Origin: Pristiophorus japonicus
Lineage: Eukaryota
Direction: 5' to 3'
Assembly (NCBI RefSeq): GCF_044704955.1
Contig: NC_091987.1
Span: 26,412,001 to 26,476,000 of the forward strand
DNA: 64,000 nt
Shown in pieces: positions 37,839-49,205 of the stretch. The position numbers and the translations under genes are program-made. The notes beneath the pieces were generated by a model. That model was not told where the DNA came from and made no database searches. It worked only from the letters and a program-made list of their open reading frames with translations. How positions within the stretch are numbered: the stretch's first letter is position 1; each line of letters begins with the position of its first letter.

Positions 37839-38337
37839 TCATCTTGAACCATGTTCCGGGCACTGTTGTGTTACTTTGTCCTAGAGCGTCCTCTACTGTA
37901 CCTTTGGACAATGTCAGTGTTTGAAAAAAGTATTTTACTTGGATACCTTCTTTATATATTTCGTTCTTTTTTTCACTAGCATTCAGCCGTTCTATCTTTC
38001 AATCTTTTCTCTACCTTTCCTTCATTCTCTTTTGTTTCCTGTTTGCATTCTTTCTTTCATTTTTTCGTTGTCTTTATTTCGCTTTTGATTCATTTATTTC
38101 CCTCTTTATTCCTTTCTATCTTTTATTCTTCCTATCTTCCTTCCTTTCTATCGATTCTCTACACACTGTAATATAAAACACGTTGTTAATCTTTAGCGGC
38201 CTCTGTCTCATCACCCCTTAGCCTTCTCTTTTTTAGACAAATCAGCCCGGCCTGCTCAGGATTTCCTGTTCGTTTGAACCTCTCAATTCTGGTGTCATGC
38301 TTGGTAATCTTTATTTGCACCTTCTCCAGTGACTCTA

Positions 38338-39380
38338 CATAAGAACATAAGAATTAGGAACTGGAGTAGGCCATCTAGCCCCTCGAGCCTGCTCAGCCAT
38401 TCAAGAAGATCATGGCTGAAATGGCCATGGACTCAGCTCCTCTTGCCCGCCCGCTCCCCATAACCCTTTATTCCCTTACTGGATAAAAATCTATCTATCT
38501 GTGATTTGAATACATTCAATGAGCTAGCCTCAACTGCTTCCTTGGGCAGAGAATTCCACAGATTCACAACCCTCTGGGAGAAGAAATTCCATCTCAACTC
38601 GGTTTTAAATTGGCTCCCCCGTATTTTGAGGCTGTGCCCCCTAGTTCTAGTCTCCCCGACCAGTGGAAACCACCTCTCTGCCTCTATCTTGTCTATTCCT
38701 TTCATTATTTTACTTGTTTCTATAAGATCACCCCTCATCCTTCTGAACTCCAACGAGTAAAGACCCAGTCTACTCAATCTATCACCATAAGGTAACCCCC
38801 CATCTCCGGAATCAGCCTAGTGAATCGTTCTGTACCCACTCCAAAGCTAGTATATCCTTCCTTAAGTAAGGTGATCAAAACTGCACGCAGTACTCCAGGT
38901 GCTGCCTCACCAATACCCTATACAGTTGCAGAAGGACCTCCCTGCTTTTGTACGCCATCCCTCTCGCAATGAAGGCCAACATTCGATTTGCCTTCCTAAT
39001 TACCTGCTGCACCTGCAAACTAACTGTTTGGATTCATTGGCTCGTTGCTCTAGGAGTATGATTGTTGCTTTGGGATTGTTACTTGAAATTTGCGTAAGGT
39101 CCAGGGTTCAAATCCTGCACGAGCCCTTAATTTGCAGCGAATTTTGAATTTGCGTCGAACTTTTCTCTAAAAGAGTTTCATGCACAAGGACCCCCAGGTC
39201 CCTCTGCACCGCAGCATGTTGTAATTTCTCCCCATTTAAATAATATTCCCTTTTACTGTTTTTTTTCCCAAGGTGGATGACCTCACATTTTCCAACATTA
39301 TATTCCATCTGCCAAACCTTCGCTCATTCGGTTAACCTATCTAAATCTCATTGCAGCCTCTCTGTGTCCTCTACACAACA
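38338..39380 (-). mobile_element. CR1 LINE 3' portion carrying a tRNA-containing insertion
   Basis: (ATAAGAAC) tail at 38338; ORF2 C-terminal motifs; absent from the paralogous unit at about 32990. Confidence 0.85.
39039..39126 (+). tRNA. tRNA-Pro(TGG) pseudogene with a 16-nt intron (39075-39090)
   Basis: GGCTCGTTGcTCTAGGaGTATGATT...CTT-TGG-G[intron]TGCG..AGGTCCaGGGTTCAAATCCtGcACGAGCCC closely matches the eukaryotic tRNA-Pro sequence; several stem mismatches. Confidence 0.8.
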
Positions 39381-39516
39381 GCCAGATCTAATCTCTCACT
39401 TTTATTCTAAACCCTCTATAGTACTTGTCAAAACCATGTGAGCTCAGTAAAATAAACCCAACATAACTCGATACCGCGCTTGTTCACCATCGCCAGGTGT
39501 TTCCTGCCGCCTTTGG

Positions 39517-39555
39517 GGTTTATGTCGGGCCCCTCCATCTCCCCGAGTCACTGTG
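39517..39555 (-). other. 23-RSS of V8 (CACAGTG / 23 bp / ACATAAACC)
   Basis: Heptamer 39549-39555, nonamer 39517-39525. Confidence 0.9.
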
Positions 39556-40035
39556 CAGACTCCAGGCGCAGTAATACACGGCCGACTGATCCGCCCGCAG
39601 GCGGGAGGACTTCAGGTTGAACTCGTTGCTATTCGGTCGTTCGGCGGTAAAACCGTCCACCGTCCCTTCTGTAGTCACGCTTTTTGCAACTAGGGACATA
39701 AACATCAACTGCGGCTCCTTCCACGGGTCCTGTCTGTACCAGTACATTTGAAGGCTACTGGTGCTCTTCACATCGCAATTGAGTTGCACTCCGTGCCCGG
39801 GCAATCTGGACACAGCTCCGGGAGTCTGGCTGATGGTCTGTGAGTTAACGTCTGGGAAAGAGATGGGGAGAGGAGGAGGTCAGTAAATAGGGACAATCGG
39901 GAAATGCACCGGGATAGAATCGAAGTATGGAAAGAAAGAAAGAAAGAAAGAGTGATAAAGGTTAGTGACAAGAACTAATCTTTGAAAAACTCCCTTACGT
40001 TGAAACATGATCAACAGACCCAGTAACTGCTGCAT
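39556..40035 (-). CDS. TRBV: TCR beta V segment V8 (TRBV30-like), apparently functional: leader 39999-40035, V exon 39556-39851
   Basis: MQQLLGLLIMFQ/HVNSQTISQTPGAVSRLPGHGVQLNCDVKSTSSLQMYWYRQ...YYCAWSL; GTAAGG donor; open frame. Confidence 0.88.
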
Positions 40036-40349
40036 CTTTTACTTGATGGTGTCTTGTTGATGAAAGGAGTGATTACAGGAGCGTGGATTCTGTGAGGAGC
40101 CAGACCGGTTATTTATTAAACACTGAGGAGAATATGAAGAGTCTGAGAAAGTGAGGCAGCGTCGCTTCCCCCGATCGAACCAGTCACATTCAATGACGTT
40201 TCTAATAACCAATCGCTGACTAGATCTGATACCGTTTACTCTCCCAACACCAGTCTTTGTGGCTGATTTTTTATTCACTGAGCAGAAATGAGATTATCCA
40301 AATCTGAATTTCCCACTAGAAACAGCTGCATTCTCATTGGTATCTGTCT

Positions 40350-42010
40350 GTCAATGTGAAAAACTGCCCGGCTATGTCCTGTCCACAAAAAGCAGGACAA
40401 ATCCAATCCGGCCAATGACCACCCCATCAGTCTACTCTCAATCATCAGCAAAGTGATGGAAGGTGTCGTCGACAGTGCTATCAAGTGGCACTTACTCACT
40501 AATAAGCCACTCACCAATGCTCAGTTTGGGTTCTGCCAGGATCACTTGGCCCCAGATCTCATTACAGCTTGGTCCCAACATGGACCAAAGAGCTGAGTTA
40601 CAGAGGTGAGGTTAGAGTGACTGCCCTCAACATCAAGGCAGCATCTGACCGAGTGTGGCACCAAGGAGCCCCAGTAAAACTAAAGTCAGTGGGAATCAGG
40701 GGGTGGAGGATCTTCATTGGCTGGAATCATACCCAGCACAAAGGAAGATGGTTGTGGTGGTTTCAGGTGAATCATCAATGTCCCAGGACATAACTGCAGA
40801 CTTCCCCAGGGCAGTGTCCTAGGCTCAACCGTCTTCAATTGCTTCATCAGCACTCTTCCTTCCGTCATAAGATTGGAAGTGGGGATGTTCGCTGATTACT
40901 TCACAGTCAGAGAGTTTTAAACCTGTGGAATTCTCTACCGCAGAGAGTTGTTGATGCCAATTTATTGGATATATTCAAGAGGGAGTTAGATATGGCCCTT
41001 ACGGCTAAAGGGATCAAGGCGTATGGAGAGAAAGCAGGAAAGGGGTACTGAGGTGAATGATCAGCCATGATCTTATTGAATCATGGTGCAGGCTCGAAGA
41101 GCCAAATGGCCTACTCCTGCAGCTATTTTCTATGTTTCCATGTTTCCTCAGTGTCATTCACAACTCCTCAGATAATGAGGCAGTCCATGCCCGCATGCAG
41201 CAAGACCTGGATAACATTCAGGTTTGGGCTGATAAGTGGAAAGTAACAGTCGTGCCACACAAGTACCAGGCAATGACCATCTCCAACAAGTGAGAGTCTA
41301 ACCACTGCCCCTTAACATTCAATGGCATTACCATCGCCAAATCCCCTACCATCAACATCCTGGCGGTCACCATTGATCAGACCAGCCACTTAAATACTCT
41401 GGGAACATCAGCAGGATAGAGGCTGGGTATTCTACAGTGAGTGTCTCACCTCCTGACTCCCCAAAGCCTTTCCACCATCTACAAGGCACAAGTCAGGAGT
41501 GTGATGGAATACTCTCCATTTGCCTGGATGAATGCAGCTCCACCAACACTCAAGAAGCTCGACACCATCCAGGACAAAGCAGCCGCTTGATTGACACCCC
41601 ATCCACCACCTTCAACATTCACTCCCTCCATCATTGGTGCACCATGGCTGCAGTGTGTACCATCAACAAGATGTACTGCAGCAACTCGCCAAGGCTTTTT
41701 CGGCAGCACCTCCCAAACCCGCGACCTCTACCACCTAGAAAGACAAGGGCAGCAGGTGCATGGGAACACCACCACCTCCACGTTCCCCTCTGAGTCACAC
41801 ACTATCCTGACTTGGAAATATATCGCCGTTCCTTCATTGTCGCTGGGTCATAATCCTGGAACTCTCTCCCTAACAGCACTGTGGGAGTATCTTCACCACA
41901 CGGACTTCAGCGGTTGAAGAAAGCGGCTCACCACCACCTTCTCAAGGGGCAATTAGGGATTGGCAATAAATGGCGGCCTTGTTAGCGCTGCCCATATCCC
42001 GTTAACGAAT
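40350..42010 (+). mobile_element. Duplicate of the non-LTR element at 35370-37050
   Basis: Collinear sequence with the same nested CR1 3' end. Confidence 0.8.
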
Positions 42011-42147
42011 TTTTAAAAAAATTACCCACCCGTTCCCCAATTAGACAGATGCAACGGCCCAATTATCCACATTCACATTGCCAAAATAGCTACAAGTGGC
42101 TCGTGGCTCACACACACACAGACAAGACTGGAGTAAGCAAATGTTTT

Positions 42148-42578
42148 ACATAAGAACATAAGAATTAGGAACAGGAGTAGGCCATCTAGCCCCTCGAGCC
42201 TGCTCCGCCATTCAACAAGATCATGGCTGATCTGGCCATGGACTCAGCTCCACTTACCTGCCTGCTCCCTATAACCCTTAATTTCCTTATTGGTTAAAAA
42301 TCTATCTATCTGTGATTTGAATACATTCAATGAGCTAGCCTCAACTGCTTCCTTGGGCAGAGAATTCCACAGATTCACAACCCTCTGGGAGAAGAAATTA
42401 CTTCTCAACTCGGTTTTAAATTGGCTCCCCCTTATTTTGAGGCTGTGCCTTCTAGTTCTAGTCTCCCCGACCAGTGGAAACAACCTCACTGCCTCTATCT
42501 TGTCTATCCCTTTCATTATTTTAAATGTTTCTATAAGATCACCCCTCATCCTTCTGACCTCCAACGAGTAAAGACTCT
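42148..42578 (-). mobile_element. Short CR1 3' end
   Basis: (ATAAGAAC) tail; absent from the paralogous site at about 37190. Confidence 0.85.
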
Positions 42579-43159
42579 GATAGCGTGAGACAGACGGTGC
42601 CACAATATCGGGGTCACAAGGCCTTCCCCTCTGTCCTACCGCATGGTTGGGCTCAGGGTTGGGCCAGTGACGACCAGGAGGACTCAAAATGTCGCCTTTG
42701 ACTGGGGAAACTGCAAAATGTCCTGCTGTATTCAGACTGCAGTGAACCCGTTCCACATCAGTGATAGCACAGGCTGAGCTGGCTGCCGAATAAGACAGCT
42801 AAATGGAAGAGGCAATAATTTCCTGGATGTCCTCAACGACCCTCATTGCTCCAAGTAATGTCCTGCTGTTGAGGAAATTATATACGTCATAGTTCTATTC
42901 CATTTTACGACATTCCCGATGGGCTGAATGGCCTCCTCCAGTACTGACTGAACCAGGTTCCAGGCAGATGTGATTCCTGGTCCAAGAGCGCCCTCTTCCA
43001 TCCCTGTGGAGAAGGAAAACACAGTGTCAGTGGATCAAACCCCAAATCTTTCCTTCTTTCTATCTTCCTGTCTTTGCTTTTTTGTTTGTTCAGTAATTCA
43101 TTCTCTTTCATTCTTTCTTTTTTAAATTATATCCTTCTCTACAGCCACGCCATCGATGG

Positions 43160-46100
43160 CTTTAATAATAATGCAAAAACATATTGTAACAGCTTCTAAA
43201 TGTATGTTCTAAGCAAGTGTCTGATACAGGTGAGTATCTTGATGTAATTAGTATAAGTAGAGCAAAAATACCAAAGGAATTAATTTGACTGAATGCTGAC
43301 AAATTCCCTGTACCTGACGCCTTACATCCTAGTTTTCTAAAAGAGGCAGCTGCAGTGTGAGTGGATGGATTGGTTTAAAACTTTCAAAATTCGCTAGATT
43401 CTAGAATGGTTCCAGCGCATTGGAAGTTAGCAAATGAAACATCGATAATCAAGAAAGGAGGGAGAGAGAAAACAGAGGACTACAGACCAGTTAGCCTGAC
43501 ATCAGTCATCAGGAAAATGCTGCAATCAATTGTTACAGAAGGTGTTGTGTGTTGTGCCAGTACCTCAAATGTATGACAAGTACAATGGTGCACCACAGAG
43601 GGCGCTGCGGTGGGAGACCTGAAAGTACCTGCACGAGGCAGTATGTAAAGCCCCCCCTCCCCCCCCCCCCCCGCCCCGCCCCAGCACACCTGTGGGCACT
43701 CTGAAGCTAGTGAATAAAGGACCAAGGTCACAGCAGTTAGATCGACAACAAAGCGTGTGGAGTCAGTGTTTTGTGTGCTACATACACCACATTGACGACA
43801 AGGAAGCGGACGAACTCAACGCAACCATGGCTATTCTGGACTCGCTAAATGATTTTACCATGAGCAATGATTGGGAGGCCTTCATGGAACGGCTCGAGTA
43901 CTATTTCACAGCAAACAACCTGATGGAGGACACGGACGCACTGAGAGAGAGGCGTAAGGCGATATTGCTTTCCAGTTGCGGTGATGAGGTTTACTGTCTC
44001 GCCAGGGATTTGCTGGCACCCGAGAGCACCAGGGACAAGTCATACGAGGAGCTGGTCGAACTCATTCATGACCAGTTACAACCGAAGGAGAGCATCCTCA
44101 CAGCCAGGTACAAATTCTACCATCACTGCAGACCCGAGGGCCAGGATGTCACCAAATATGCTGCGGACCTCAAGAGACTCGCGGCGCCGTGTGATTTTGG
44201 GGCACACCTTGACGAGGCACTGCGGGACATTTTCGTCATGGGGATTGGCCATGAGGGCCTCCTTCACAAGTTGCTAGCCACGGAACCCACAGTCACCCTG
44301 ACAAAGGCCATCACCATCAGCCGGGCATATATGACCTCGACTTGCAGCACCAAGCAAATAATCCACACAGCCTCGAACCTGGCAGGCACCGTCCACAGGA
44401 TAGCACCCACCACGGACAGTACGGCTGAACGTGGCTCTGCCCAGGGCAGAGAGCACGAACCCCGGGGTCCTAGAACTCAGAGTCCGCTGAGGTGGGCTAA
44501 TCAAGCAGCACCATGCTGGCGCTGTGGAGGAAGCCATGGGGCTCACCGGTGCAGGTTTGTGGAGTACACATGCAATACCTGCCACATTAAAGGCCACCTT
44601 CAGCGTATGTGTAAAAGAAATCGGACTCACCACGTGGCTGAGGAGACGGAGGATGACCCACTGCTCAGCGAGGGGCAGGCAGACGAAGATGAGGTGATGG
44701 GACTGTACACGTGCACTGACGATTCGCCCCCAGTGATAATGGAAGTAAAAATTGAAGGAGTCCCAGTGAGTATGGTAGTGGATACGGGATCAGGTCCATC
44801 ATTAATGAGCCAGAGAACTTTTGAGAAACTGTGGGATAACCCGACTGCATGACCCAAGCTGGCCCCGGTCACGGCTAAGCTGCGTACTTACACCGAGGTG
44901 CTGATACCTGTTCTCGGCAGAGTGGATGTGCAGGTATCTCACGAGGGCGAGACGCACGGTTTACCCTTATGGATCATTGCAGGCTGTGGGCCAACATTTC
45001 TCGGCAGAAGATGGATGGGAAAGGTTCGTGGGAGCTGGGAAGACTTCATCCCTCCACAGACTGCAGCCTCAGCCTCCACAGATGAGCAGCCTCAAGGAGA
45101 GCCAGACTCCAGGTGCGATGGCCCTATTGTTCGGGTGCGGGCCGGCGGGATGCTGCGGGCGAAGCAGTCGGGCGGCCTCAGCGGCCGCAGTCGGGCAACC
45201 TCGGAGGCCGCAGAAGGAACGGCCTCGGCGCCGGCAGGCCCACTATAGAGCCTCCAATGGAGAGTGTGTGTCTGTCTGGCAAAGAGTTCAGGGCTCTGCA
45301 CCTGTGTCCATTAAGTATTCCTGTTCTTTTTTTTTCTTCTTTCTTCGCCAGCGAACTCAAAATGGCAGTGAGCCTCGTGGCAACGGAGACAAAGGCCAGC
45401 AGAGAACCTAAGATGGCAGCATCTGAGGAACACCTTGTGGGAGCCACAAGATGGTGTCTTAAAAGGGAAATGCTCCCGGGAGTCTTAAAAGGGCATTTGT
45501 AAGGCTAGAGAGAGAGACCAAATGTGCTATGGAATGAGGATGATGGATGTATGACATGAATTAATACTTTAATGACAGGTGGTCACTGTGTCTATAATAA
45601 TGGACATGAACTGCGAATCATGATAAGAGTTGTTATTTCAATGCTGTAATGTATCTTTGGTTAAAATCAGGGACGCGGATTCATGACTAACAACATTAAT
45701 GGGTTGAGGCATTTTTCGATTTAGGGAATTCAGCAACGGCTTTTTGAATTGAGTGGGGAAGTGATGTGTTTTGTGCCAGTACCTCAAATGTATGACAAGT
45801 ACAATGGTGCACCACAGAGGGCGCTGCGGTGGGAGACCTGAAAGTAACTGCACGAGGCAGTATGTAAGGCCCCCCCAGCACACCTGTGGGCACTCTGAAG
45901 CTAGTGAATAAAGGACCAAGGTCACAGCAGTTAGATCAACAACAGAGCGTGTGGAGTCAGTGTTTCGTGTGCTACATACACCACAGAAGGGGTATCATGG
46001 CAGTTAGAAAAACATAACATGATTAGGCAGAATCAACATTTTTTCATGGAAGGGAAGTCGTGTTTGAAAAATTTATTCGAGTGCTTTGAGGGTGTAATTA

Positions 46101-47300
46101 GCAGGGTAGATAAAAGGGAACCAGCAGATGTAGTATATTTAGAATTTGAAAATGCATTCGATGAGGTGGCACATAAAAGGTTATTACACAAGATAAGGGA
46201 TCATGGGATTGTAGTTAATGTATTAGCATGGATAGATGATTGGTTAACGGATAGAAAACAGCGGGTAGGTTTAAATGTGTCATTTTCAGGTTGGCAGGCT
46301 GTAACTCGTGGGCTGCCGCAGGAATTAATGCTGAGGCCTCAGCTATTTACAATCTATATTAATGTCCGAGATGAAGGGACCGAGTGCAATATATCCAAGT
46401 TTGCTGATGATACAAAGCTAGGTGAGACAGTAAGCCGTGAGGAGAACACAAAGCATCTGCAAAGTGATACAGATAGACTAAGTGAGTGGGTAGTAAGTTG
46501 GCAGATTGAGTAGGGAAATGTGAGCTTAATTACTTTAGTAGGAAGAATAGAAAAACTGAATATTTTTAAATGGTGATAAACTTATAAATGTTGGTGTTCA
46601 GAGAGTTTTGTGTGTCCTTTTGCAAGAATCACAAAAAGCTATCCTGCCAGTCTGGCAAGCAATAAGGAAGGCAAATGGTATGTTGTCCTTTATTGCAAGG
46701 CGATTAGAGTATAAGAATAAGGCAGTCGAGCTACGATTGTACAGGGCCTTGGTGTGACTGGAGTACTTTGCACAGCTCTGGTCTTGTTATCCAAGAAAAG
46801 ATACTTGCCATAGAGGCGGTGCTATGAAGGTTAACTAGATTGGTTCCTGGGATAAGAGAGCTGTCTTATGATGAGAGATTGTGTAAAATGGGCCTATACT
46901 CTCTGGAGTTTAGAAGAAATAGAGGTGATCTCATTGAAGCATACAAGATTTTGAAGGGGATTGACAGGGTCGATGATGAGTGGTTGTTTCCCCCAGGCTG
47001 GAGAGTCAAGAACTAGAGGTATACCGTCTCAGGATAAGGGAAGACCATTTAAGACAGAGATGAGGAGGAATTTCTTCACTCAGAGGGTGATGAATCTTTG
47101 GAATTCCCTCTTCCAGAGTGCTGTGGATGCTGCAACTCTGAGTATATTCAAGGCTGAGATCTATAGATTTTTGGACTCTCGGGGAATCTAAGGATCTGGT
47201 GATTGGGCGGGAAAGTGAAGTTGAGGTCGATAATTAGCCATGAATGGTGGAGCAGGCTGGAGGAACTATATGGCCTACTCATGCTCCTATTTCTTATGTC
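43160..47300 (+). mobile_element. Older CR1 LINE interrupted by an LTR element
   Basis: ORF2 motifs on both sides of 43543-45985 (e.g. ORF 46019-46513 KFADDTKL). Confidence 0.75.
43543..45985 (+). mobile_element. Gypsy-like LTR retrotransposon, internally deleted (gag and protease only)
   Basis: LTRs 43543-43791 and 45762-45985; GAAGG 5-bp TSD; PBS-like and GAGTGGGGAAG PPT; gag with CCHC-type knuckles and a DTG protease; no RT or integrase. Confidence 0.9.
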
Positions 47301-47575
47301 TTAAAGACCTCGATCAGATTATCAATTCCCCATCACTTTTCTAGAGAAAAGCGACCTCAGCTTTCCAAGCTTTGCTAATGGTTATAAATCTGCAATTCTG
47401 GTGTCATTATTGTACATCTTTCCTTGCACCTTCTCCAATATATACTTAAACTTTCACTTTAATGCTAAGCTGTCTCCTCTTCTTATCAAAATCTGCGTTC
47501 GCTGTGCAAAATAAGCCCAACAGGACGCGGCACCATGCTGGCTCATTATTTGCAGGTGTTATCTGCCAACTGTGG

Positions 47576-47600
47576 GGTTTGTGTCGAGGTCTCCCTGGCT
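47576..47600 (-). pseudogene. RSS remnant of a deleted V gene
   Basis: Nonamer ACACAAACC and its RSS 3' flank are joined directly to V-promoter sequence. Confidence 0.7.
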
Positions 47601-47739
47601 GATACTCCCACCCATCCCTCTCTGAGTGGCTGTGAGTGGAGCAGATGGGAACAGGAATTTGCACTGGGGACATAGAGAGATTAAGTGAGTGAGCAAAACA
47701 GTCACAGACGCATGTCATTTTCGGAAAGATGCAAGATGC

Positions 47740-48870
47740 TGAATGGGCCTCCTCCCGTTACTAATGTAACGGGCTCAGGGAGCTGAATTGCCTCACTCTG
47801 TCCTTAACAGGCTCGAGGGGCTGAATAGGCCTCCTCCTATTTCTGTGTAACAGGTTCGAGGGGCTGAATGGGTCTCCTGTTCCTGTGTAACAGGCTCGAG
47901 GGGCTGAACAGCCTCCTGCAGTTCCTGTGTAACAGGCTCGAGGAGCTGAATGGGACTCCTGTTCCTGTGTCACGGGCTCGAGGGGCTAAATGGGCCTCCT
48001 CCTGTTCTTGTGTAACTGGTTTGAGGGGCTGAATGACTTCCTCTTGTTACTGTGTAACAGAGTAGAGGGGCTGAATGGACCTCCTCCTGTTCATGTGTAA
48101 GAGACTCAAGGGGCTGAATTCCCTCATTGTGTTAGGAACATAGAAACATAGAAATTTACAGTGCAGAAGGGGGCCATTTCGGCCCATCATGTCCACGGGG
48201 CCGACAAAGAGCCGCATGGCCCTCAGTCAGCAGCCCAAAAGGTTATATATAAACCTATGAACAATGACGGAAAGGCAAAGAGCACCCAGCCCAACCAGTC
48301 CGCCTCACACAACTGCGACACCCCTTATACTGAAACATTCTACACTCCACTCCAACTGGAGCCATGTGATCTCCTGGGAGAGGCAAAAACCAGATATAAA
48401 CCCAGGCCAATTTGGGGAAGAAAACCTGGGAGAATTCCTCTTCGACCCATCCAGGCGATCGAAACTAGTCCAGGAGATCACCCTGGCCGTATTCGATTCC
48501 TTGCAGTACTTACGATCATATCTGCATCGGCCAACAAGAGGTTATCGAGGCTAATCCCAATTACCAGTTACTGTTTGTGTGTAACAGATTAGAGGAGCTG
48601 AATGGGCCACCCTCTGTTCCTGTGTAACAGGCTCGAGGGGCTGCATGACCTTCTCCTGTTCCTGTGTAGCAGGCCCGAGGGGCTTAATGGGCCTCCTCCT
48701 GTACCTGTGTAACAGGCTCGAGGAGCTGAATGGGCCTCCTCCTGTTCCTATGTAACAGGCTCGATGGGCTGAATGGGCCTCCTCCTGTTCCTATGTAACA
48801 GGCTCGATGGGCTGAATGGGCCTCCTCCTGTACCTGTGTAACAGGCTCGATGGGCTGAATGGCCTCCTCC
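47740..48870 (+). repeat. ~41-bp LINE-tail minisatellite, interrupted by another LINE 3' end at about 48135-48570
   Basis: Tandem copies on both sides of a (CATAGAAA)-tailed insert. Confidence 0.85.
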
Positions 48871-49205
48871 TCTCTCTGTATTCTCATTAAACCTTTTAAA
48901 CGCAACTGTTTATTTAATGGTCCCAGAGCGCCCTCTGCTGTTACTGTGGAGAAAGAAACCCTAAAGTCAGTGTATAAAAAACCAAGTCCTTTTAATATTG
49001 TTCTTCCCTGATAGCTACAACCTGTCAGATGTGGCGTCATCCTCGCAAATCTTTCTATGCACCTTCTCCACATCCTCTACATCTAATATCTCACAATTAT
49101 TCTAACGCATTGCTCGACCAAAACATGTTCGCTCTGCAATATTAACCCAATAATTCGCTAAGTTGCGCTGGTTCACCACCCACAGCTGTTTCCTGCCGCC
49201 TTTCG

